Shown: one piece after another, positions 19,218-28,790 of the stretch
Numbering within the stretch: position 1 is the first letter of the stretch
Layout of the letters: each line of letters begins with the position of its first letter
Assembly (NCBI GenBank): GCA_025455015.1
Contig: JALONI010000003.1
Location: forward strand, 8,195 to 72,194
DNA: 64,000 nucleotides
Direction of reading: 5' to 3'
From: Cyclobacteriaceae bacterium
GTDB taxonomy: Bacteria > Bacteroidota > Bacteroidia > Cytophagales > Cyclobacteriaceae
Notes under the pieces: model-generated
The model's input: only the letters and a program-made list of their open reading frames with translations
Told to the model about the DNA's origin: nothing
Databases searched by the model: none
Position numbers and translations under genes: made by a program

Positions 19218-19297
19218 AGGGCGGTCGAAAATTAAGTCTTGCCTCTTGTTTGAAAATCATTCACAAACCCTGATTTTTCGCGCCTCAATTTTTCGCT

Positions 19298-20374
19298 ATG
19301 CAAAAGACAAACGCCATTGTGCTGACGGCCGGCTACCTTGACACAAGCAGTGGCAAGACCGCCCACGGGCTCATCCGCGGCACCGATCGCTTCACGATTG
19401 TCGGTATCATTGACCCCAAGCACCCCGGCAAAGACGCAGGTGAAGTATTGGATGGCAAAAGGCGCAACATACCCGTGTTTGCCACCATGGAGGATTTTGC
19501 CAAGGCCGGTGGCCAAGCCGAGTACTGCATCATTGGCGTGGCTACGAAGGGCGGCATCATCCCCGACTCGTTGCGGATGTTGCTGACCGAAGCCTTGCAG
19601 CGCGGCTATCACCTGGTGAACGGCCTGCACGATTACGTGAGCGACCACGAAGAACTGGCTGCGCTGGCAAAAGCCAAGGGGCTGCAAATTATTGACGTGC
19701 GCAAACCCAAGAAATTCAAAGACCTGCATTTTTGGTCGGGCGAGATACGACACGTAACGTGTCCCAAAATTGCCGTGCTCGGTACGGATTGTGCGCTGGG
19801 CAAACGTACCACCACGCGGTTTTTGGTGGAGGCGATGAAGAAGGCCGGCTATAAAGCCGAGATGATTTATACCGGACAGACCGGCTGGATGCAAGGGGCC
19901 AGGTATGGCTTTATCTTCGACTCCACACTGAACGATTTTATTTCGGGTGAGATGGAACATGCCCTGGTGCGTTGTTGGCAAGAGGCCAAGCCCGATATCA
20001 TTTTCATGGAAGGCCAATCTTCGCTGCGCAACCCAAGCGGCCCGGCCGGAGCTGAGTGGATTGTGTCGGCTGCGGCCGATGCGGTGGTGTTGCAACACAA
20101 CCCCGCGCGCAAGCAGTACAAAGACCTGGAGTTTTATCCCGCCTATCTGCCGGATGTCAAAGACGAAATCGAGTTGATCAGGATATACGGTGCGCCTACG
20201 GTGGCGCTGACGGTGAATACAGCCAAGCTGGCCGAAGCCGATGCGCGCAGCTATGCCGCGGAAAAAGAAAGGGAACTGGGCATACCCGCCATTTTACCGT
20301 TGGAAGACGGAGTGGAGCGGTTGATCCCGGTTTTTAAGGAAATGATCGATCACTCGCTGACCAGAAGAAAATGA
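19298..20374 (+). CDS. DUF1611 family protein (DgcN-like D-amino-acid N-acetyltransferase)
   Basis: GKTAHGLIR, VLGTDCALGKRTT P-loop, TGQTG, EGQSSL. Confidence 0.85.
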   Translation: MQKTNAIVLTAGYLDTSSGKTAHGLIRGTDRFTIVGIIDPKHPGKDAGEVLDGKRRNIPVFATMEDFAKAGGQAEYCIIGVATKGGIIPDSLRMLLTEALQRGYHLVNGLHDYVSDHEELAALAKAKGLQIIDVRKPKKFKDLHFWSGEIRHVTCPKIAVLGTDCALGKRTTTRFLVEAMKKAGYKAEMIYTGQTGWMQGARYGFIFDSTLNDFISGEMEHALVRCWQEAKPDIIFMEGQSSLRNPSGPAGAEWIVSAAADAVVLQHNPARKQYKDLEFYPAYLPDVKDEIELIRIYGAPTVALTVNTAKLAEADARSYAAEKERELGIPAILPLEDGVERLIPVFKEMIDHSLTRRK

Positions 20375-21438
20375 AAATCAAATCGATCCAGTCGTGGACG
20401 GCCGACCTTGGCAACAGCAAGCCGTATACCATTGCCTTCAAAACGGTGGATGAAGTGCGCAATGCCTTTGTGCTGATCACCCTGGAAAACGGCACCACGG
20501 GTATCGGGGCGGGCAACCCGAGCGAGTATGTCACGGGCGAACGTTTTGCGCAATGCGAAGCGGCCTTGAGCGAAGGAAACTTGCAGTTTTTACTGGGGCA
20601 AGACATCCGCGCGTTCCAGCAACTTCTGTTTGAAGTGTGGAAACGCTTTCCATCCAATCCCGCGGCCCGGGCTGCGCTGGACATTGCCCTGCACGATGCG
20701 TTTACCAACTACCTTGGAATCCCGCTGGTCAAATTCCTCGGGCAAAAAATCAAATCGCTGCCAACCTCGAATACCATTGGCATCAAAAACGTGGCCGACA
20801 CGTTGAAGGAAGCCAAAGAATATGGCGCGCGTGGCTTCACTGTTTTGAAAGTAAAGCTCGGCAAAGACCTGGACGAGGACATTGAGCGGTTGATAAAGCT
20901 GCGCGAGGTGTTCGGTAAAAAGTTCACGATCCGCATCGATGCCAACCAAGGCTACACGTATCAGCAGACCCTCGATTTTGTGCAGCGCACAGCGCACCTG
21001 GATGTTGAGTTGATTGAACAACCGCTTCCCGCGAAAGCGGTGGCAGAGATGAAACAACTGCCCGCACACATTCGCGCGAAGATTGCCGCAGACGAGTCGC
21101 TGCTGACTCCGAAGGACGCCCTGGAGTTGGCCCTGGCGCCCCGCGCAGCGGGCATCTTCAACATCAAGTTAATGAAATGCGGGGGGGTGAGCCAAGCCCT
21201 GAAAATTGCCGACATCGCACTCCAAGCCGGCATTGACTTGTTCTGGGGCTGCAATGACGAGAGCATTGTGAGCATCACGGCCGCACTTCATGCCGCCTTT
21301 GCCTGCCCGCACACAAAATATATTGACCTGGACGGCAGTTTGGATTTGCTGCGCGATGTGGTGAAAGGTGGCTTTGTCCTGAAAGATGGGGTGATGACCT
21401 GTGCCGATAAGCCCGGCTTGGGCGTGGCGCGAATCTAA
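20371..21438 (+). CDS. Enolase-superfamily dipeptide epimerase / N-acyl amino acid racemase (DgcA-like)
   Basis: KVKLG, DANQG, EQP, DES, NIKLMKCGG, DLDG; ATGA overlap with the DUF1611 gene. Confidence 0.9.
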   Translation: MKIKSIQSWTADLGNSKPYTIAFKTVDEVRNAFVLITLENGTTGIGAGNPSEYVTGERFAQCEAALSEGNLQFLLGQDIRAFQQLLFEVWKRFPSNPAARAALDIALHDAFTNYLGIPLVKFLGQKIKSLPTSNTIGIKNVADTLKEAKEYGARGFTVLKVKLGKDLDEDIERLIKLREVFGKKFTIRIDANQGYTYQQTLDFVQRTAHLDVELIEQPLPAKAVAEMKQLPAHIRAKIAADESLLTPKDALELALAPRAAGIFNIKLMKCGGVSQALKIADIALQAGIDLFWGCNDESIVSITAALHAAFACPHTKYIDLDGSLDLLRDVVKGGFVLKDGVMTCADKPGLGVARI

Positions 21439-22391
21439 CCGTGCAAATGCTGCAACAGCAAATGTAGTCTGTCAAATTGCCGACCGTCTGCAAACCATTG
21501 GTTATTGCCCACACGCACCTGGCTGCCCTCGTGGGCAGTTACTTCATAGCCTTCTCGCTCCAAGGCATTTTTTGTCCAAAGGAAAACGGGCCCTTCGCCC
21601 AACAGGCTGATTTTTTTTGTCCGGTGGATGGCATGCGTGATGCGGCCCGTGCGCAAGTCAAATCCTTTTAGCTGAAACACCGCATCAAAGGAGCCATCCA
21701 ACACCAGATCTTCCGGGATGCCGCGGGTGAGTGTGCGCTGCTGCGTGATGAGCCAAATTTCATCGGCCATTTGCAGGGCCAAGTCGAGTTCATGCGTTGC
21801 CAGAAGTACGGCTTTGTGGGTCTGGTGGGCCAGCGCGCGCAGCAGGGTCATCGTCTCCACGCGGTTGTTCAAGTCCAGGTGCGCGGTCGGCTCGTCCAGC
21901 AGCAGGATGGGGGTGTCTTGTGCAATGGCCCGTGCAATCATGGTCATTTGCAGTTGCCCATCGCTCAGCGAAGTCACGGGTTGATCGGCCCACGGGCGGA
22001 TGTGGGCGCGGGCGATGGCGTCATCGATCTTTGATTCATCTTCGCGGGTGGGCTGCAGGTGCCAGGGCAGGTAAGGGTATCGCCCAAAGGCCACCAACTC
22101 GCGCGCGGTCATGTTGGGGGCTTGCACCCGGTCCGTCAGTACCACGGCTACCCGCTGCCCTTCGTTGATGTTAGGGGTATGATGGGTGATGTCACCGGCC
22201 AAGGGTTTTTGCAACCCGGCCAACGTGCGCAACAGGGTGGATTTGCCGATGCCGTTGGGCCCCATAAAGCAAATGAGTTTTCCGGGGTGCAGTGCCACGT
22301 GCAAGTTGGCCAGTACCACGCGGGCGGTGTTGCCCGTTCCATAGCCCACGCTCAGCCCCTGCGTGGTCAGCAAAGGGGTGGGGTGCATCAT
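21435..22391 (-). CDS. Cobalamin/iron-complex ABC transporter ATP-binding protein (BtuD-like)
   Basis: GPNGIGKST, LSDGQ, LLLDEPTAHLD, ATHEL. Confidence 0.9.
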   Translation of the reverse strand: MMHPTPLLTTQGLSVGYGTGNTARVVLANLHVALHPGKLICFMGPNGIGKSTLLRTLAGLQKPLAGDITHHTPNINEGQRVAVVLTDRVQAPNMTARELVAFGRYPYLPWHLQPTREDESKIDDAIARAHIRPWADQPVTSLSDGQLQMTMIARAIAQDTPILLLDEPTAHLDLNNRVETMTLLRALAHQTHKAVLLATHELDLALQMADEIWLITQQRTLTRGIPEDLVLDGSFDAVFQLKGFDLRTGRITHAIHRTKKISLLGEGPVFLWTKNALEREGYEVTAHEGSQVRVGNNQWFADGRQFDRLHLLLQHLHG

Positions 22392-23548
22392 GGCAGGGCG
22401 CGATGAAAATACAAGGTGTGCCGGGGAAGCAGTTGTGGGTGGGCGATCTTCACCAGGTCTTTGAGGATGAGATCGGGCCGCAGGTAGCCCAGTTCCAAAA
22501 ACTCACTTCCGCCTTTGGCCCCGGTGCGTGCGTTGTACGAGTACACACGCTTATTTTGAAAGGCATCGAAGAGGGCATACCGGCTGTCGGTGTTTTTGAT
22601 TTCCGCCCGCGAGGTGTAGGAGGCAACTCCGATCCAATAATCCGCGTGCTTGGCCCGCGTGTACACCGCTTCAAACGAAAGTTCTAAATAGCCCTGGGTG
22701 GAGTCCGCCTGCCATAAATAGTCATAGCCCGCATCGCGCAGCAAACGGGCTGCATAGTTTTGCCCACCGGGCAGAAACCATCCATCGCCATAGGCAATGC
22801 CACTGAACACCGTTGGTTTTCGGGTGTCGGTCACCAGGGCTTGCGTACGCAGATATTCGTTTTCAATCATGGCAAAGACCGAGTCGGCCTGTTTTTCGCG
22901 GCCCAGCAGTGCCCCCATCAGCTTGATCCATTCGGCACGTCCCAGGGGGTGCTTCTCCAGGTATTCTGCGTTGATGACCACGGGTATGCCCAGGTCACTG
23001 ATTTTCCTGAGCTGCCCCAAATCCTTGGTCATGGTGTACCCCATCACCACTTCGGGTTTAAGCGAAAAGAGCCTTTCCAGATCCATGCCCTTGTCGATCC
23101 CCAAGTCCGCCACTTTGCCCGCATCAATACGCTGCCGCATGACGGGCGAGCTGATGTAGTCAGTGGTCGGAAAACCGATGAGCACGTGGCTGCCGCCCAG
23201 GTAGTCGAGTAAAGGGATATGGGTGGTGGAGGTACACACCAGGGAGCTGACGGGCACTTCAATGATAGTCGTCTGCTTGTCTGTTTGGGGCGGTGTCGTG
23301 CCTTTGGGCACCAGCAGATAGCTGTACCCTTCGGTGGCGTTGAGGTGGGGATACGTGACGGTTACCCGCGTGACGGTACCTTCCCGTTGCAGGCGAAAAC
23401 CGGTGGCGTAGCGAAGGGAATCGCGCCCGGGCGTAGCAGCGGTGGGCGGCTGATCGCGCCCGCATGCCATCAGAATAACGACCAACGCCCAGGTGCCAGC
23501 GGCAAAGGACGGAAAGAAGCGAGAATGGATACGGCTATTCGCGGTCAT
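22388..23548 (-). CDS. Cobalamin/iron-complex ABC substrate-binding lipoprotein (BtuF-like)
   Basis: Lipobox ILMA-C; LRYATGF, VCTSTTH, AEYLEKHPLGRAEW, RPDLILKDL. Confidence 0.88.
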   Translation of the reverse strand: MTANSRIHSRFFPSFAAGTWALVVILMACGRDQPPTAATPGRDSLRYATGFRLQREGTVTRVTVTYPHLNATEGYSYLLVPKGTTPPQTDKQTTIIEVPVSSLVCTSTTHIPLLDYLGGSHVLIGFPTTDYISSPVMRQRIDAGKVADLGIDKGMDLERLFSLKPEVVMGYTMTKDLGQLRKISDLGIPVVINAEYLEKHPLGRAEWIKLMGALLGREKQADSVFAMIENEYLRTQALVTDTRKPTVFSGIAYGDGWFLPGGQNYAARLLRDAGYDYLWQADSTQGYLELSFEAVYTRAKHADYWIGVASYTSRAEIKNTDSRYALFDAFQNKRVYSYNARTGAKGGSEFLELGYLRPDLILKDLVKIAHPQLLPRHTLYFHRALP

Positions 23549-24554
23549 GCGGGTACACGTTTTTCATCAATTGCCGCGCTGCCGAGGGCGCGCTGAGTTT
23601 TTTTGATTTGACCAGGGCATTCATCTGTTCTTGCTGTTGTTTCAGGTTGGCCGATCGGTTTATTTGTTCGTAGATCAGTCGTTGCACCGCTTCGGCAAAC
23701 CATGCTTCGGCTTGGTGTTCGCGTTGGAGATCAAAAAAACCACTGCGCTGGGTGTGCGCCCGGTAGTGCTCGGCTTGTTGCCACACGTCAGCGATGCCTT
23801 CGCCCGTCAGGGCCGAGGTGGTTAATACGGGCACTTTCCACCCCGAGTCGGGCAGGGGGAACAAATGCAAGGCGTGAAGCAAATCTGTTTTGGCCTGCCG
23901 GATACGCGATAGATTATCGCCATCGGCTTTCGTCAGCACGAGCGCATCGGCCATTTCCAGGATGCCCTTTTTGATGCCTTGCAGCTCATCGCCAGCACCG
24001 GCCAGCAGCAGCAAAATGAAAAAGTCTACCATGCTGCGCACACCCGCTTCCAATTGGCCAATGCCCACGGTTTCGATGACGATCACCTCGTACCCGGCCG
24101 CTTCGCAAAGCACCATTGCCTCGCGTGTGCCGTGCGCCACTCCGTTTAGTGCTTCGCCCGAGGCGCTGGGGCGAATGAACGCGCGCGGGTTTCGGGTCAG
24201 TGTATCCATACGGGTTTTGTCGCCCAAAATGCTACCATGGGTACGTTGGCTGCTGGGGTCAATGGTGAGCACCGCGATCTTTTTTCCGGCCACGTTGGTC
24301 ACGTGCTGGCCCAACGCCTCAATAAACGTGCTCTTGCCCACGCCCGGCACCCCGGTAATGGCCAGGCGAAAGGCATGGCCGGAGAACGGCAGCAATGCTT
24401 CCACCAACGCTTCCGCCAGCGCCTGGTCAGTCGGGCGTTGGCTCTCCATCAGCGTGATGGCACGACTGAGCACAGGGGTATTGCCGCTGCGAATACCGTG
24501 GATGTACTCGGCCAGTGTGAGTCGCCCGGGTGCTGCGGGTGGATGGGATTGCAT
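23535..24554 (-). CDS. meaB: Methylmalonyl-CoA mutase-associated GTPase
   Basis: ITGVPGVGKST, IDPSS, SILGDKTRM, IETVGIGQ, GDELQGIKKG, TKADG. Confidence 0.93.
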   Translation of the reverse strand: MQSHPPAAPGRLTLAEYIHGIRSGNTPVLSRAITLMESQRPTDQALAEALVEALLPFSGHAFRLAITGVPGVGKSTFIEALGQHVTNVAGKKIAVLTIDPSSQRTHGSILGDKTRMDTLTRNPRAFIRPSASGEALNGVAHGTREAMVLCEAAGYEVIVIETVGIGQLEAGVRSMVDFFILLLLAGAGDELQGIKKGILEMADALVLTKADGDNLSRIRQAKTDLLHALHLFPLPDSGWKVPVLTTSALTGEGIADVWQQAEHYRAHTQRSGFFDLQREHQAEAWFAEAVQRLIYEQINRSANLKQQQEQMNALVKSKKLSAPSAARQLMKNVYPHDRE

Positions 24555-24557
24555 GGC

Positions 24558-24575
24558 GTAAATTTCTAAATTTAC
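24558..24575. promoter_or_regulatory. Perfect 8-bp inverted repeat in the 39-bp meaB/CHASE2 divergent gap
   Basis: GTAAATTT-CT-AAATTTAC. Confidence 0.4.
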
Positions 24576-24593
24576 TCGTTCTGAGGATATCCT

Positions 24594-25937
24594 ATGCGAA
24601 AGAATGTATTTCAAGCGGCCGCCATCACGGTGTTTGTGTTTGCCATGATGTGGTTTGTGTCGAAGATCACCGACTTTAAGTTTTTCAACGCTTTTGATCC
24701 TATTTCGCAGGCGCTGTCGGACTTTGAGTTGACGGACTATGCCTTTTCAAACCTGCGGCCCGACCCCCTGGTGGATCAGCGGATCGTGGTGGTCAACATC
24801 GGGCCGCTACCGCGGATGGGCCTGGCCCAGCAAATCAGCCTGATCAGCCAATACAAACCCAAAGCCATCGGGTTGGATGTGTACGTGGGTTGCGAGGGCG
24901 GGCTGCGCGACTCCATCAATTGCCGGCCACTGCTCGATACGCTCGGTAACCTGATGTTGAGCAACGCCATTCAGGAAGCGGGCAACGTGGTGATCGTATC
25001 CAAGTTGTTACAGAAAAAGAGCACCATCAAGGCCGGTCTTTACAATGTGTTAGACTCCGTACAATATGCCGATGACATATTTACCAACCATGCCCACAAT
25101 GCGTTTGCCAACCTCATTACCAATGCCGACTACCAAGACGATGTAAAGTTATGTCGTTCGTATATGCCCTCGTATGTCATTGATGGAAAAACGCACTATG
25201 CCTTCGCTACGCAATTGGCCATGATGTATGACTCGGCCAAGACGCAACGATTTTTGGCGCGCGCCAAAAGAGAAGAACTCATCAACTACCGCGGCAACAT
25301 TGAAGTGCAAGCCATCAAACTGGATGTTGACCGGGAGAAAAAAACATCTACCACCAACTACCCGGTATACTTTTATGCGGTCGATGTCGACCAACTGGCG
25401 CGGGGCGAAGTGCTGGGCGAACTTTTCACCAACTCCATTGTGCTGCTCGGCTACCTGGGCGACTACTTTGGCGACCCCGCCTGGGAGGACAAGTACTTCA
25501 CGCCTCTGAACAAAAAAGTGGCCGGGCGCGCCAACCCCGATATGTTTGGGGTGGTGGTGCACGCCAATATCATCGCCATGATTTTGAACGAAGACTACGT
25601 GGACGAGTTGGCCGAGTGGCAGAAATATGCCATCTCCATTGTGCTCTGCTTTTTGACGGTGTTGTTTTTTATCTACCTGGATACCCACTACCAGCGGTGG
25701 TTTGATGCGGCTTCCGTGGGCGTGCAGATACTTCAATTGATCCTCATTTCGCTGTTGATCATGGAGGTGTACGCGTTGTACAGCTTCAAACTCGATTTGA
25801 CAATCACGCTGGCGTCCACGGCCCTGGTGGGTCCGTGTTACGATGTGTACAAGAGCGTGCAAAACGAGATTAACTACCGGCTTACCAAACGCAGACGGGC
25901 GGCATTAAACCGTCAAAAACAAGAGAACTTGGCATGA
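24594..25937 (+). CDS. CHASE2-domain membrane sensor with no cytoplasmic output domain
   Basis: N-terminal TM; RIVVVNI, PKAIGLDV, IVLLG and GVVVHANIIAMIL CHASE2 motifs; three C-terminal TMs; only about 30 aa of basic tail. Confidence 0.85.
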   Translation: MRKNVFQAAAITVFVFAMMWFVSKITDFKFFNAFDPISQALSDFELTDYAFSNLRPDPLVDQRIVVVNIGPLPRMGLAQQISLISQYKPKAIGLDVYVGCEGGLRDSINCRPLLDTLGNLMLSNAIQEAGNVVIVSKLLQKKSTIKAGLYNVLDSVQYADDIFTNHAHNAFANLITNADYQDDVKLCRSYMPSYVIDGKTHYAFATQLAMMYDSAKTQRFLARAKREELINYRGNIEVQAIKLDVDREKKTSTTNYPVYFYAVDVDQLARGEVLGELFTNSIVLLGYLGDYFGDPAWEDKYFTPLNKKVAGRANPDMFGVVVHANIIAMILNEDYVDELAEWQKYAISIVLCFLTVLFFIYLDTHYQRWFDAASVGVQILQLILISLLIMEVYALYSFKLDLTITLASTALVGPCYDVYKSVQNEINYRLTKRRRAALNRQKQENLA

Positions 25938-25978
25938 TTTTTCCTTTACCCACCCCGCTTTTGAACTCGACACCCTAC

Positions 25979-26860
25979 ATGAAAAAGACCTTTCTGCTGC
26001 TTTTTTGGACGATTTTGACGTTGGAGGTGGCCCGGGCGCAGGACTACACGTTTCGCGTGTTGGCCACCAAGGGTACCAGCCAAGTGAAAACGGGCGGGGC
26101 CTGGCAGCCGCTGAAAACGGGCGCCAAGCTCCAGACGAATGACGAGTTGAAGCTGGACGCCAATGCCTATGTGGCGCTGGTGCACAAAAGCGGCACACCC
26201 TTGCAATTGAAAGAAAAAGACACGTACCAGGTTTCCGCGCTCGCGTCCAAGGTGGGCCCCGGCTCCAGCGTAGTGAGCAAATACACCGATTTTATCTTGA
26301 GCAGCAACTCGGACGAAGCACGGAAAAACCGCATGGCCGCCACCGGGGCTGTCACCCGTGGGGGCGATATCAAGATTCTGTTGCCCAAAGGAAAGGCGGC
26401 TGTCTATTTTGATCCGGCCGTATTCATCACCTGGGAGGCACAACCGGGCGTGACCCACTATGTGCTGATCGTCAAAGACCTGGTGGATACTGAACTTTCG
26501 CGCCAGGAAGTAGCGGGCAACAGCGTGGTACTGGATTTAGGTAAAGACACCTACGCAGGCACGCCCGTGGTGATGGTGGAAGTGCACACCCAAGGCTCGG
26601 CAAAGAAGTCAGAGCCGTACGCCATCAAAAAAGTGGCTACCGCAGAATATGAACGCGTGAAAACCCTGCTGGCCGACCTGGGCGGCCGCGCCACCAGCGA
26701 AGATGCCCTGGACCAATACATCATGGCCGGATTTTACGAACAGAACAAACTACTCATTGATGCCCAAAAGAGCTATCACCACGTGCTGACGCAATTGCCC
26801 GATGTGGCCGAATTCCGGGAGGCATACAAAGATTTTTTATTCCGAAACAAACTCAACTAA
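25979..26860 (+). CDS. Exported FecR-like/DUF928-like protein, paralog 1
   Basis: Signal peptide ending VARA-Q; beta-rich N-domain, conserved KYTDFILSSNSDE...KNRMAATG linker, TPR-like C-terminal helices. Alternative start at 25934 has an ATGA overlap with the CHASE2 stop. Confidence 0.7.
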   Translation: MKKTFLLLFWTILTLEVARAQDYTFRVLATKGTSQVKTGGAWQPLKTGAKLQTNDELKLDANAYVALVHKSGTPLQLKEKDTYQVSALASKVGPGSSVVSKYTDFILSSNSDEARKNRMAATGAVTRGGDIKILLPKGKAAVYFDPAVFITWEAQPGVTHYVLIVKDLVDTELSRQEVAGNSVVLDLGKDTYAGTPVVMVEVHTQGSAKKSEPYAIKKVATAEYERVKTLLADLGGRATSEDALDQYIMAGFYEQNKLLIDAQKSYHHVLTQLPDVAEFREAYKDFLFRNKLN

Positions 26861-26876
26861 CCGAAACGAGATCCCT

Positions 26877-27785
26877 ATGAAAAAGAATATTCTGACGATG
26901 TTGTTGAGCGTGGGCACGCTGGGCGTGTTTGCGCAAGAGTACGTCTTCAAGGTATTGGCCAACAAAGGGGCCAACGAAGTCAAAACCAGCGAAGGATGGA
27001 CACCCATTAAAACCGGGGCCAGCTTGAAGCAAACCGATGAATTGAAGATCGTAGACAACGCCTACATGGGGTTGGTGCACTCCACCGGTAAGCCCATTGA
27101 GATCAAACAGGCCGGCAACTACTCCATCGCCCAGTTGGCCTCCAAGATCACCGCGGGCACCAGTGTGATGAACAAATACACCGACTTTATTTTGAGTTCC
27201 AACTCAGACGAAGGAAAGAAGAACCGGATGGCGGCCACCGGGTCCGTGTCGCGTGCGGTCGGTGCCGGGGCGTTAAAGGTGTTTATGCCGCCCGCCCAGG
27301 CAGCCGGTGTTTTTGGAAACACTGCGGTCGTCAACTGGGAGGCGCGTGAGAACGCCAGCCCGTATGTGGTGACTGTGCGAGACATGGAGGATAATGTGTT
27401 GTTCACCACAGAAACACCCCAAACCCAAATGGTACTTGATCTGAGTGACGCTACGTTCGCTTCGCAGACGGCCGTGCTGGTGGAGGTGCGCACCAAGGCA
27501 GACGCCAAAACCCTATCGGAACGATACGTGATCAAACGATTGAACAATGCCAACAAAGACAAGATCAAAAAATTGTATGCCACCGATTTGGGAGCGGGGG
27601 TAGAAGAAGAGTCCGCCTTAAATAAAATTGTGTTGGCGTCTTTTTATGAGCAGAATGGACTACTGATCGATGCCATTGCCGCGTATGAGCAGGCCATCAA
27701 GTTGGCCCCCGAGGTGCAGGATTACAAAGATGCCTATGCCGGATTTTTGGCACGAAACGGCATCAAGGCCGAAGAGAAGAAATAA
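26877..27785 (+). CDS. Exported FecR-like/DUF928-like protein, paralog 2
   Basis: Signal peptide ending GVFA-Q; colinear with paralog 1 along its whole length. Confidence 0.75.
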   Translation: MKKNILTMLLSVGTLGVFAQEYVFKVLANKGANEVKTSEGWTPIKTGASLKQTDELKIVDNAYMGLVHSTGKPIEIKQAGNYSIAQLASKITAGTSVMNKYTDFILSSNSDEGKKNRMAATGSVSRAVGAGALKVFMPPAQAAGVFGNTAVVNWEARENASPYVVTVRDMEDNVLFTTETPQTQMVLDLSDATFASQTAVLVEVRTKADAKTLSERYVIKRLNNANKDKIKKLYATDLGAGVEEESALNKIVLASFYEQNGLLIDAIAAYEQAIKLAPEVQDYKDAYAGFLARNGIKAEEKK

Positions 27786-27802
27786 CCCGCTTTTCAGCAC
27801 TG

Positions 27803-27834
27803 AAAAAAACCCCCGTCCGAAGCGGGGGTTTTTT
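27803..27834. terminator. Intrinsic terminator
   Basis: AAAAAAACCCCCG-tccgaag-CGGGGGTTTTTT directly after paralog 2. Confidence 0.85.
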
Positions 27835-27858
27835 CGTGGTTGAGCGCCCGTTCCTACG

Positions 27859-27889
27859 TTTGCCGGGCAACATTATTCCCCTATTTTTG
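27859..27889 (+). promoter_or_regulatory. Bacteroidota -33/-7 promoter of sucD
   Basis: TTTG (27859-27862), 19-nt spacer, TATTTTTG (27882-27889). Confidence 0.65.
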
Positions 27890-27909
27890 TCACGCTAACA
27901 AATTTGCCC

Positions 27910-28788
27910 ATGAGTGTACTCGTCAACAAGAATTCGCGCATCATTGTACAAGGTTTTACCGGCTCGGAAGGCACCTTCCACGCAGGCCAGATGATTGAAT
28001 ATGGCACCCACGTGGTGGGCGGTGTGACGCCCGGCAAGGGTGGGCAAGTACACCTGGGCAGGCCCGTTTTCAATACCGTCAAAGAAGCGGTGGAAAAAAC
28101 CGGTGCCGATGTGTCCATCATTTTTGTGCCACCCGCATTCGCGGCCGACTCCATCATGGAAGCAGCCGATGGGGGCATCAAAGTCATTGTGGCCATCACC
28201 GAGGGCATCCCGGTCAAAGACATGATGATCGCCAAGCAATACATCAAGAACAAACACGTGACGTTGGTGGGGCCTAACTGCCCGGGCGTCATTACGCCAG
28301 GCGAGGCCAAAGTGGGCATCATGCCGGGGTTCGTATTCAAAAAGGGCCGTATTGGCATCGTGTCCAAGTCGGGCACCCTCACCTATGAGGCGGCCGACCA
28401 AATTGTAAAGGCCGGGTTGGGCGTTTCCACCGCCATCGGTATCGGGGGCGATCCCATCATCGGCACGCCCACCAAAGAAGCGGTGGAATTATTGATGAAC
28501 GACCCCGAAACGGATGCCATTGTGATGATTGGCGAGATCGGTGGAAACTACGAGCCGGTAGCTGCCCGGTGGATCAAAGAAACGGGTAACAAGAAGCCGG
28601 TGGTTGGCTTTATTGCGGGACAAACCGCACCGCCCGGCCGCAGAATGGGCCATGCCGGGGCCATCATTGGCGGGGCCGATGATACCGCTGCTGCCAAGAT
28701 GAAAATCATGCGCGAGTGCGGCATCCACGTGGTGGAATCGCCCGCCCTAATCGGTGAAACGATGGTGCAGGCCTTAAAAAAGCAGTAG
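27910..28788 (+). CDS. sucD: Succinyl-CoA synthetase alpha subunit
   Basis: [39 protein letters not shown]. Confidence 0.97.
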   Translation: MSVLVNKNSRIIVQGFTGSEGTFHAGQMIEYGTHVVGGVTPGKGGQVHLGRPVFNTVKEAVEKTGADVSIIFVPPAFAADSIMEAADGGIKVIVAITEGIPVKDMMIAKQYIKNKHVTLVGPNCPGVITPGEAKVGIMPGFVFKKGRIGIVSKSGTLTYEAADQIVKAGLGVSTAIGIGGDPIIGTPTKEAVELLMNDPETDAIVMIGEIGGNYEPVAARWIKETGNKKPVVGFIAGQTAPPGRRMGHAGAIIGGADDTAAAKMKIMRECGIHVVESPALIGETMVQALKKQ

Positions 28789-28790
28789 AA

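Noticed and set aside
23535-24593. Cobalamin riboswitch upstream of the B12-type transporter
   Set aside because: The binding-protein gene overlaps meaB and the gap upstream of meaB is only 39 bp, so there is no room.
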